Shown: one piece after another, positions 27,429 to 35,894 of the stretch
How the letters are laid out: each line of letters opens with the position of its first letter
How positions within the stretch are numbered: the first letter of the stretch is position 1
Assembly: GCA_963715865.1 (NCBI GenBank)
Contig: OY970280.1
Span: 864,001 to 928,000 of the forward strand
Source: Candidatus Bathyarchaeota archaeon
GTDB taxonomy: Archaea; Thermoproteota; Bathyarchaeia; Bathyarchaeales; Bathycorpusculaceae
Direction of reading: 5' to 3'
Length of the DNA: 64,000 bases
Position numbers and translations under genes: made by a program
Notes under the pieces: generated by a model
The model's database searches: none
Seen by the model: the letters and a program-made list of their open reading frames with translations, nothing else
Told to the model about the DNA's origin: nothing

Positions 27429-30080
27429 ATGAAATTTGCTAAAAACAAAACTATTGCTATTGCAATCGCTATATTCTTAATGCTTTCAATGACAGCTTCA
27501 ATGATGCTAGTTCCGGCTAATGCTCACACACCGGCATGGCAGGTTCCTACATATGCATTCATCAATGTCGCACCTAACCCAATAGGGGTAGGGCAACAAG
27601 TCTCTGTAACATTTTGGCTTGATAAAGTCCCGATCGGTGCAGAAGGGCAATGGGGATCAAGATGGCATAACATGAAAGTAACTGCTAAGGATCCTGACGG
27701 AACCAACACAACAATAGGCACGTTTAACTCTGACCCCAACGGCGGTGCAACAACATATTTCACTCCGACAAAAACAGGCACCTACACTTTCTACTTTGAG
27801 TTCCCAGGACAGATAGCACAAAATGAAAACCCATACCCATACGTAGGATTCATCGGACTTGGACTTGACTACGTCAACGACACTTTCTTACCAAGCAGCG
27901 CCTCCACAACACTTACAGTACAGTCACAAGCAATCTCCTACGCTTATGGAGCATCCCCCCTTCCAACTGCATACTGGACACGTCCAATAAACTCCATGAA
28001 CAGAGAATGGGCACCCATCACTGGCAACTGGCTAGGCCTTGGAGCAACATCCTTTGGCGTAACCGGCATGTACACTGACACTGGAGGAGTAACCTCTGCA
28101 GGAGGAAACTTTGACCCATACTCAACAGCACCAAATAGCGCCCACGTCATGTGGACGCAACCTATAGCGTTCGGCGGTCAGATTGGAGGAGAATTCGGAA
28201 CCGGCGACGCAGCTATCTATGCCACTGGAACAGCTTACGAATGCAAATTCGGCGCCGTAATACTAAACGGAATTCTCTATTATACCGAGTATCCGGGCGC
28301 AGGAACCAACCCATCAGGTCTGAAGGCTGTTGACTTAAGAACTGGCGCAACAGTTTGGGACAAGAACATCACCGACCCGCTAAGATGCGGCATGGTAACA
28401 AACTTCCAAACCGGCGACCAATACGGAGGACACGCATACCTGTTCACTACAAATTCCTATGAAGGATTCGCTGAGCCTTACTCTGCACTCACCGCACCCA
28501 CTACTTGGGGAATGTACGATGCAATGACCGGAGACTGGATACTAAACATTGCAGGTGTACAAGCCTCTGATGATCTTGTAGAAGGTCCAAACGGAGAAAT
28601 ACTATGCTACTACGTTAACAGCTCATCTACAACCGGTGCAGCCTCCCTTAGCATGTGGAATTCATCTTTATGCATCGCGCAAGGCTCCCAGTCAAATCTT
28701 TTCTATCTTACTTACAGCGCTAAAGAAATTTGGCGACCCGTGCAAGGAGCAACTATCCCATGGAGTGCAGGAATCCAATGGAGCGTACCCATCGCGACCA
28801 GTATCAATGGTGTTTCAATGGCTCCATACACTTTAGGCGTAGCAGGGATCGACAACAACACCATACTTATGACCGCGACTACAGGAGGAATATTCGCCGG
28901 ACCACCAGGCGGAGCATCATTAGGCTTCAGATATGATGCAGGTTACAGTACAACAGGTCAACTGCTTTGGGGTCCAGTGAACCGCACGTTAACACCATTC
29001 ACTACACAAGTTCTGTCAGTTGGTGACGGAAAATACGCTGAATACACTCAACAAATGCTGACGTGGACAATGTACGATCTCAAAACTGGAAACAAACTAT
29101 TCACAACGCCACAATCGAATAGTTCCTGGAGCTACTATGACTTCACTGGTCCAAGCACTTTTGGATACGGAAACTTCTACACTTGGGGCTTAGGTGGAAC
29201 AGTATACTGCTACGATGACACTACCGGTCAACTTAAATGGAGTTGGTCCGCTGGAACAGCAGGTCTAGATACCCCATACGGAACCTGGCCTTTAGGTACC
29301 TGGTCAAGTCACCATATCCTTGCAGACGGCAAGCTCTATGTTAGAGCCGGACATGACTACACTCCACCAGTCTTCAAAGGTGCAAAGATTTACTGTATCA
29401 ACGCTACAACTGGAAAAGAAATTTGGGACTCACTTAGCTTCGACATCGTAAGTTCGCCTGCACTCGCAGATGGATACATGGTCTGGGATAACGGCTATGA
29501 CAACCAAATATACTCTTACGGCCAGGGACCAAGCGCATTGACTGTTTCAGCGCCTAGCGTTGGCGTGACAACCTCTACGCCTATAACTATAAGCGGCACC
29601 GTAACCGACATCTCTGCCGGAACAAAACAAGACGCGGTAGCATCGAACTTCCCGAACGGTCTTCCATGCGTTTCTGACGCAAGCATGAGCAGGTGGATGG
29701 AATACGTTTACCAGCAGCAACCATGCCCAACTAATGTGACTGGTGTTCCAGTTACCCTAAGTGTTCTTGACTCAAACGGCAACTACAGACAAATCGGCAA
29801 CACCACAAGTAATGCAGACGGCTTGTTCGCTTATACTTGGACACCTGATATTCCAGGCAGTTACACTGTCATCGCTAACTTTGCAGGTTCAGAATCGTAC
29901 TATCCATCATCCGCTGACGCAGCCTTCTATGCCAGTTCTCCAGCGCCAACAGCATCTCCATATCCAGTGACCGTTTTGCCTCCGACTGAAATGTACATTG
30001 GCGCAGCAGCAGCCGCAATAATAGTTGCAATAGCCATAGTCGGCGTTATAATAGTAATGATGCTTAGGAAGCGACCATAA
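27429..30080 (+). CDS. Large secreted PQQ-like beta-propeller surface protein with Ig-like domains and C-terminal TM
   Basis: Signal peptide, repeated D..TG..W motifs, C-terminal TM plus RKRP. Confidence 0.88.
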   Translation: MKFAKNKTIAIAIAIFLMLSMTASMMLVPANAHTPAWQVPTYAFINVAPNPIGVGQQVSVTFWLDKVPIGAEGQWGSRWHNMKVTAKDPDGTNTTIGTFNSDPNGGATTYFTPTKTGTYTFYFEFPGQIAQNENPYPYVGFIGLGLDYVNDTFLPSSASTTLTVQSQAISYAYGASPLPTAYWTRPINSMNREWAPITGNWLGLGATSFGVTGMYTDTGGVTSAGGNFDPYSTAPNSAHVMWTQPIAFGGQIGGEFGTGDAAIYATGTAYECKFGAVILNGILYYTEYPGAGTNPSGLKAVDLRTGATVWDKNITDPLRCGMVTNFQTGDQYGGHAYLFTTNSYEGFAEPYSALTAPTTWGMYDAMTGDWILNIAGVQASDDLVEGPNGEILCYYVNSSSTTGAASLSMWNSSLCIAQGSQSNLFYLTYSAKEIWRPVQGATIPWSAGIQWSVPIATSINGVSMAPYTLGVAGIDNNTILMTATTGGIFAGPPGGASLGFRYDAGYSTTGQLLWGPVNRTLTPFTTQVLSVGDGKYAEYTQQMLTWTMYDLKTGNKLFTTPQSNSSWSYYDFTGPSTFGYGNFYTWGLGGTVYCYDDTTGQLKWSWSAGTAGLDTPYGTWPLGTWSSHHILADGKLYVRAGHDYTPPVFKGAKIYCINATTGKEIWDSLSFDIVSSPALADGYMVWDNGYDNQIYSYGQGPSALTVSAPSVGVTTSTPITISGTVTDISAGTKQDAVASNFPNGLPCVSDASMSRWMEYVYQQQPCPTNVTGVPVTLSVLDSNGNYRQIGNTTSNADGLFAYTWTPDIPGSYTVIANFAGSESYYPSSADAAFYASSPAPTASPYPVTVLPPTEMYIGAAAAAIIVAIAIVGVIIVMMLRKRP

Positions 30081-30311
30081 AAATGCCAAACAAAATCCAC
30101 TTTCCCCTTTTTTAGTCTCTAGAAAGCAATGGAGAAGAAATGGGCTGAGAAGGCTCTGGTTAAATTAACGATTGACCAATAGCAAATCGAAATAGCATTT
30201 GCATTCTTTTCTCCTAAAGAGTGTTCCAGAGCCTCAGCAAACCCTAAATGCTCAAAGATGTCGCCAATCAGTCATTGTCTTTTTTTAGGAAACATGGTTT
30301 AGTCTTTCCAA

Positions 30312-30437
30312 GTGGCGCCGGGAGAGAGGGATGAAGATTTGAATCCTTGAAGCGTCAAAGGAAAATTCGAATTTAGGTAAATAATTTTTATGTAAGGTTC
30401 CACTAGACTTTGGGTTCGGAGCCCAGCGGCCCCGCCA
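30312..30437. repeat. Two tRNA-3'-like fragments in opposite orientation
   Basis: GTGGCGCCGGGAGAGGGAT (30312) and GGGTTCGGAGCCCAGCGGCCCCGCCA (30412-30437). Confidence 0.7.
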
Positions 30438-30484
30438 TTAAGAAAGCGATTTGGCTGACTCTAAAAAACTGTAAGATAAAGATT

Positions 30485-30659
30485 GCGGCTTGAACCCGTT
30501 TGAGAGTGTGTGAAAACTCAAATTTAGTTTTAGAAATTGCAGCTTATATCTAAAAACACGTCCTGGCACCCTACCGAATCGACGTAAAAGTAGCAATTTT
30601 CTGAAATTGAAACTAGTTTTCACACAGTCTCGTTTGGGTTCAAGTTCGGCTCGGCCCAT
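30485..30659. mobile_element. Mini-element copy 2 (126-bp core)
   Basis: GCGGCTTGAAC-CCGTTTGA-GAGTGTGTGAAAACT ... AGTTTTCACACAGTC-TCGTTTGG-GTTCAAGTTCGGC. Confidence 0.72.
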
Positions 30660-31197
30660 ATTAGACTCAACCCCGAAGCGGTCTGAGTCCCAATTTGTTA
30701 CGCCACTAGAAGTATAGGATTATAAGTACGTACTCGTTTCTTTGAAGGCGGATCATTTTAAGTAGCAAAAGCCACAGGCACAGATATTTAGTTTTTTCAT
30801 GTCTGTCGCCTGCAAATTGAAGACTCTAACTTGCTTATAAAATGAGCCGAAAGCTTATTCCATCTGCAAAAATGATGAATCCTTATACTGCATAGTAAGT
30901 TGCGAAAGTTATAAGGAAGTAGAGCGCGTGTGGTGCATCATATTATCAGAGAGAATATCGCAATTATTTCTAGGGCTATTCCGATGATGTGTAACTGATC
31001 AAACTTGTTGCTTCTCTTTACTGTTTCCATTTTTTCATTTCCCCGTTTTGCTTCTCAGCTGGAATGCCGAGACAAAGCGTACTTTCATCAATGTTGTTTG
31101 GAAAGGTTGTGATTCCTTAGCAAGTTTCGATTCACTTGGAACCTTTCGAGCTCGCTCCCTTAAACTGAAGGTAAAGGGCTGCTGGATTTGAAGAATT

Positions 31198-31521
31198 TTA
31201 GTATTCATCGAATTTTCCTCCTGGCTTTTTGAGCCTGCTGAGCTGAAGCCAGATCGGGACCCTGGCCAAAAACAAATCTACACTTAGCTCGGCGTTTTCC
31301 TTATTCAGAATTTCTTTCAGAGGCGCCCCCTGGGGAAAGGCTTCTTCAACAAAGGCCTTCAGTCTTGAAATCTCCACTTTACCTTTCGCACTATTTGTTC
31401 TTTTAAAATAAACTTCTGTGTTCTTTTTTCTTTTATTTTGGTTCTCAATACTTTGGTTCAAATACGACCCGAAAGATGAATAAGCCACAAAAATCTCTGT
31501 GTATTTAGCTGCTTTACGCAA
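31198..31521 (-). CDS. Hypothetical protein of the integrated element
   Basis: ORF next to integrase module; start uncertain. Confidence 0.5.
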   Translation of the reverse strand: MRKAAKYTEIFVAYSSFGSYLNQSIENQNKRKKNTEVYFKRTNSAKGKVEISRLKAFVEEAFPQGAPLKEILNKENAELSVDLFLARVPIWLQLSRLKKPGGKFDEY

Positions 31522-31570
31522 AAAGGGAAAGATTTTAAAGCTAAAAATAGCATAATGCTAATGGGTCTAC

Positions 31571-32002
31571 ATGGGCTACGTTGTGGGAGAACATTACTCG
31601 ATCGACGACAACACATTGTTGGGCATGGCTAAGATGCTCCCTGCAGGAGCCCGTCTGAAGCTGTTTAACGTGCTCTGTGAAGCTGTTGAGAAGCGACCAC
31701 TTGAACGAATATGGCTTGAAACTGGGATCAGAAAAACAGATCTATACAGGTATCTTCCAAAATCCAAATCAAGAAAGGGCGGGCTTGTCCCAAGCCCAAA
31801 AACCACAGTCAAAATAATAAGAGCATTACTAAGGTGCAGCAGGACTGAGACCGTAGTAAGAATACTCGACCAAGCTGAAAGCGAAATGCGAAACAGTTAC
31901 CTTACGTATTTCAAATGGAAACGATCTCTAAGAAGGCGCAATGTTATCTTCAACCCATGGTCACCAAGTGAAATGGACAGAATCAACAAATCAATGTATT
32001 AA
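31571..32002 (+). CDS. HTH DNA-binding protein
   Basis: LERIWLETGIRKTDLYRYL helix-turn-helix-like segment. Confidence 0.6.
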   Translation: MGYVVGEHYSIDDNTLLGMAKMLPAGARLKLFNVLCEAVEKRPLERIWLETGIRKTDLYRYLPKSKSRKGGLVPSPKTTVKIIRALLRCSRTETVVRILDQAESEMRNSYLTYFKWKRSLRRRNVIFNPWSPSEMDRINKSMY

Positions 32003-32106
32003 AAAATACCATAGTTAACCTTACAGATTAATGACCATCATCGGAGTTATTCCGGGCTTATTACTTATCATACTTGGACCGCCACTTGGAGACCGAACTA
32101 AGCTGT

Positions 32107-33414
32107 TTAGGTTTTGTTCATTTTGATAACAACTTTATTGTTCGGAAGCTTGTCTACGTATTCCCAGCCTTTCGCCAAATAATTATTTGCTTCGTCAACA
32201 CTGACCACTTTCTGCGAAGCCCCGTTCGGCGCTTGTCCACCTAAAAGTCTCTTCCTGAGTATATTTTGCAGTTCTTCGTCGCTCATCGAGGGCACATCCA
32301 TTTTGTCCAACTCCGCCTGAGTGAAACCAGCCACCAACAAAAGCTGCTTCCTAAAACTGCCCTTAAGCTTCTCCTCGCTGGTTTCCTCCTTCATCTTAGT
32401 CTGCAAAAACTCCTCGCTTCTCGCGTAAGCAGCCCGCATATCCTCCAAAACAGACTCAGGCAACCTCTGCTTGTTAGTCGTATACCGGTTTTCAATATCC
32501 CCCTTATGACCCATCCAAAACTGCCGGTAATCCCTGAGCACCAAACCCTTCGACTCAGCAAGCATCAGCATCGTATCAAAATAACACCGTAAAACGTACG
32601 GTCGCCAAGGAAGCCCAGCACTTCTGATGGCTAGCCTCATCATATCTCCAATGTTCACTGTACGTATGAAAGGTTTCTGAGCAAACCTAGGAATGACAAT
32701 AGCAGAGTCAGGTATCAGCAGTTCGCCGTCTCTGAGGCGTTCCTCCAAGTAATCTTTCAGGTAGCTACAGGCTTCTTCTGTGAGGAAAGTGAAGTACTGA
32801 TGACGAGCCTTACTTAAGCCTGAGCGAACAACAACCATCGTGGGTATTTTCTCAAAGCTTACCTCGGACCCCTTGATCTTGAGTTCGGGTAAATCCCGCA
32901 TTCTCAGGCCATCGTGACCCGTATAGTTGCCAAGGGTCTCCAGCCTTAAGCCTGCATGGGCGATTACAGCACAGGCTGTGCGGGCCTGTTTGCTTCCGGA
33001 CAGGAAAATGCGTTTCAGCTCTTCTTTCGTGGGAACACGTTCGTCATTGAGGGTCGGCGTCTCATGGGCACCCGTGATCTTTATCTTGCGTTTAAGCTGG
33101 ATTTCATTATGTGCAAGCCATGACTTGACAACTTTGGTCGTGTTGTGGATATAGCTGCCCGCATGCTTCTTCTGCGCGGACGTAACGTAGTCCATGAGCA
33201 GGTCTTCTAATTCCGTAACAGGCTTATGCGCGAGTTGCCCTGGCGTTGTGCCCATGAGCTGGCAAAAGTTTCCTAGGTTCCGTAGGTAGATTTGGGCGCA
33301 GGCTGGTGACCCACGGATAAGGTTCTCGTACCAGCGCCGCACATCCTTATCCTCAAGCAGATATCGATATTTGGAGCGCGGATGGGCAGAATCAGACAAA
33401 CTTCTCAGCCTCAT
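32107..33414 (-). CDS. Tyrosine recombinase/integrase
   Basis: AGLRLETL (R), PYVLR (YxxR), MGH, RYT (Y); N-terminal SAM-like domain; 54 bp from the tRNA 3' end. Confidence 0.92.
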   Translation of the reverse strand: MRLRSLSDSAHPRSKYRYLLEDKDVRRWYENLIRGSPACAQIYLRNLGNFCQLMGTTPGQLAHKPVTELEDLLMDYVTSAQKKHAGSYIHNTTKVVKSWLAHNEIQLKRKIKITGAHETPTLNDERVPTKEELKRIFLSGSKQARTACAVIAHAGLRLETLGNYTGHDGLRMRDLPELKIKGSEVSFEKIPTMVVVRSGLSKARHQYFTFLTEEACSYLKDYLEERLRDGELLIPDSAIVIPRFAQKPFIRTVNIGDMMRLAIRSAGLPWRPYVLRCYFDTMLMLAESKGLVLRDYRQFWMGHKGDIENRYTTNKQRLPESVLEDMRAAYARSEEFLQTKMKEETSEEKLKGSFRKQLLLVAGFTQAELDKMDVPSMSDEELQNILRKRLLGGQAPNGASQKVVSVDEANNYLAKGWEYVDKLPNNKVVIKMNKT

Positions 33415-33468
33415 CTACAGTAACATAGGGTTTCGGCATAAAAGATTTGTGGTTTTGAACCAGAAGTC

Positions 33469-33546
33469 TGGTGCGGTCGCCGAGATTTGAACCCGGGTCG
33501 TCAGCGTGGCAGGCTGATGTCCTAGACCAAACTAGACTACGACCGC
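33469..33546 (-). tRNA. tRNA-Gly(GCC), CCA encoded
   Basis: GCGGTCG acceptor pairs with CGACCGC; anticodon arm TCAGC-CTGCCAC-GCTGA; T-loop GGTTCAAAT. Confidence 0.96.
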
Positions 33547-33574
33547 ATTTTGCTATACTGGAGTACAATGGCGA

Positions 33575-33584
33575 TTTAAATTTA
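33575..33584 (-). promoter_or_regulatory. Putative TATA box of tRNA-Gly
   Basis: TAAATTTAAA about 30 bp upstream of the tRNA 5' end. Confidence 0.45.
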
Positions 33585-33737
33585 CATCGAGCCTTATTTC
33601 CTTTTCCGAAAAACTTCACAAACTCAACAGCCTTCACAAATTCAAAGCTGATATTTTCCGCCTTCTTGCTGTTGCTGTAAGATGACAATCACATATGGTT
33701 ATTTTTTCAATTGCAAAGAACTAGTTATAGAAAGCTT

Positions 33738-34733
33738 ATGTCAGACATTATTACGGTGAAGAATCTTGTTGAAATTTATTCTGATGGCACAAAAGCCGTT
33801 GACGATATATCCTTTAGCGTGAAAGAGCAGGAATTTTTCGGTTTTTTGGGACCAAACGGCGCTGGAAAAAGCACAACCATCAAAATCTTGACAACACTTC
33901 TTCGAAAGACCTCTGGTTCAGTTACCGTGGCAGGACACGATATTTTTAGTGACGCTGCTGAGATACGCAAAATAATTGGCGTTCAAAGCCAAGAGACAAC
34001 AGTTGACGGCGACCTAACAGGCAGAGAAAACATCATGCTTCAAGGTCATTTCCAGCAAATGGAAAGCAATAAACTCAAGAAACGTGTAGATGAACTTTTG
34101 CAGCTTGTAGGCCTCGAATCTGCCACAGACAAGCGTGCAAGAAACTATTCAGGCGGAATGAAAAAGCGGCTTGATTTAGCAACAGCGCTTGTGCATGAAC
34201 CGAAATTGCTGTTTTTAGATGAGCCGACAACTGGGCTTGATCCACAATCTCGCACGGCAATATGGGGCTATTTGCAAAAACTAAACAAAGAAGAAGGCAC
34301 AACCATATTCCTCACTACACAATACTTGGAAGAAGCAGACAAGCTATGCAAGCGCTTGGCAATTATTGATTTCGGCAAAATAGTGGCTAACGGCTCACCC
34401 GCAGAGCTTAAACGACAAGTCGGCGCTGACTCCATCAGGATTGGGCTCGAAAACTGCGAACGCGACCGCGACAAAGCAAAAAGCATCATAAAAACCATGA
34501 CGGGCGTTACAGAAATCGTAGATTCTGAAGAATGCATAAACGTTTATGCCCAAAACGCCTCGTCGTTAATTGCTGATATCGTACGCGCCTTGGACAGCAC
34601 GGACATTCGACTGACGTCAGTTACTTTCTCCCAACCGTCCTTGGACGATGTATTCGTGAAACATACTGGGCGAAGAATACGGGCAGAAGAACTCGTTAAG
34701 GCTCCAAGCGCCATGTTCGGCGGGAGACGATAA
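33738..34733 (+). CDS. ABC-2 type exporter ATP-binding subunit (DrrA-like)
   Basis: GPNGAGKS, YSGGM, LFLDEPTTGLD. Confidence 0.93.
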   Translation: MSDIITVKNLVEIYSDGTKAVDDISFSVKEQEFFGFLGPNGAGKSTTIKILTTLLRKTSGSVTVAGHDIFSDAAEIRKIIGVQSQETTVDGDLTGRENIMLQGHFQQMESNKLKKRVDELLQLVGLESATDKRARNYSGGMKKRLDLATALVHEPKLLFLDEPTTGLDPQSRTAIWGYLQKLNKEEGTTIFLTTQYLEEADKLCKRLAIIDFGKIVANGSPAELKRQVGADSIRIGLENCERDRDKAKSIIKTMTGVTEIVDSEECINVYAQNASSLIADIVRALDSTDIRLTSVTFSQPSLDDVFVKHTGRRIRAEELVKAPSAMFGGRR

Positions 34734-34736
34734 AAA

Positions 34737-35510
34737 ATGACACTGCTTTCTGATACACGCTACTTGTTTGTGCGGTACCTTAAGAAACTTGCCCGAAACC
34801 CCATCCTGCTTTTCTTCTCGCTCTTTCAGCCGATAATTTTTCTGGTTCTCTTCACGCAGTTGCTCACGAAACTCTCAAATTTTCCCGGCATACTGCCTTC
34901 AGGAGTAAGCTACTTAGAATTTGCAACCGCTGGGATTCTCCTGCAAAACGCTTTCGGCAGCGCATTACAGTCAGGCACTTCCATAGTTCTAGACATCGAC
35001 TCGGGCTTTCTGCAGAAAATGCTTGTGACACCAGTCAGAAGACCTGCAATCTTACTGGGCAGACTAACCAGCGACGCCTTCAGAGTGGCGTTGCAATCAG
35101 CTATAATTTTGGGGCTCGCTTATGCGTTAGGCGCAAGCGCCACAACGGGCGTTATTGGCATTTTGCTTATCTTTTTCACCATTGCGTTCTTTGGATTGGC
35201 ATGGTCAGGCATTTCTCTGGCATTAGGAATGAGGACAAGAAGCTCCGAGACCGTATTCGCCATAGGTGGATTCATCACGTTTCCGCTGCTGTTCCTGAGT
35301 CCAGCTTTGTTCCCGATTAGTTTTCTGCCCTCATGGGTGCAAGATGTGTCGATGTTTAACCCAATAAGCTACGCAGTAAACGCTATCCGAGCCCTCATGA
35401 TCAATGGTTACGAATGGGGCACAATACTTCCTGCTTGGGGCGTAATCGGGCTAGTCGCCGTTGTGACGTTGAGCGCTACATTGTACCAGTTCAGAAAAGT
35501 AGTCAGCTAA
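34737..35510 (+). CDS. ABC-2 type exporter permease
   Basis: 6 TM, NPISYAVNAIR motif. Confidence 0.92.
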   Translation: MTLLSDTRYLFVRYLKKLARNPILLFFSLFQPIIFLVLFTQLLTKLSNFPGILPSGVSYLEFATAGILLQNAFGSALQSGTSIVLDIDSGFLQKMLVTPVRRPAILLGRLTSDAFRVALQSAIILGLAYALGASATTGVIGILLIFFTIAFFGLAWSGISLALGMRTRSSETVFAIGGFITFPLLFLSPALFPISFLPSWVQDVSMFNPISYAVNAIRALMINGYEWGTILPAWGVIGLVAVVTLSATLYQFRKVVS

Positions 35511-35728
35511 GGGTAAACGTGAGCATCCACATCAGCTGGCTTGGCTAACCGTTTAATTTTCACTTCAATCAATTCAGGAGCCTCATCCAGCCCTTTTAGC
35601 GATTTCGAAAACCCAGCCATAATGTTACCAATGGTTTCCTGTACAAAATTGTTCAAAGGCAACTTTTTTCCATCGATAAACATTTCTGTTTCAAAACTTT
35701 TTTTCATTATCCTATGTTTTTGTTCCAA
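35507..35728 (-). CDS. Small protein resembling the MobB C-terminal accessory domain
   Basis: MFIDGKKLPLNNFVQETIGNIMAGFSKSLKG. Confidence 0.55.
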   Translation of the reverse strand: MEQKHRIMKKSFETEMFIDGKKLPLNNFVQETIGNIMAGFSKSLKGLDEAPELIEVKIKRLAKPADVDAHVYP

Positions 35729-35894
35729 AAGCTTTCACCAACTAAACTTTAGATCTTAAAACTGATAAAGCCTTCTGTTAATATTCAACGCTGAAAAAGC
35801 TCAAGCCACTAGTTTAAAGTAACAGCTAATATACTTGAACAATTAATTAACTTCTCCTTTAAGCAAAAACCCTCTCAAAGATAGGAGTAGCACC

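Larger units (their letters stand above)
10990..33468. mobile_element. Mosaic genomic island next to tRNA-Gly with tyrosine integrase
   Basis: Integrase next to the tRNA 3' end; accessory, defence-like and pseudogene content; many att-like repeats. Left boundary approximate, no matching tRNA-Gly direct repeat seen. Confidence 0.7.

Noticed and set aside
3656-30659. tRNA-like fragments as real or split tRNA genes
   Set aside because: They contain only acceptor 3' strand plus T-arm, often mismatched, with no anticodon arm or variable loop; no complementary 5' halves were seen
15277-30659. Repeats as a CRISPR array or classical integron attC sites
   Set aside because: Spacing is irregular (60 bp to several kb), repeats are not uniform, no cas genes are present, and no consistent RYYYAAC/GTTRRRY attC boxes were seen
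30820-31020. Possible degraded small membrane-protein gene on the minus strand
   Set aside because: Needs a frameshift and a stop read-through; no homology evidence available
33392-33688. ORFs on both strands overlapping tRNA-Gly
   Set aside because: Overlap a confident tRNA gene; no protein motifs
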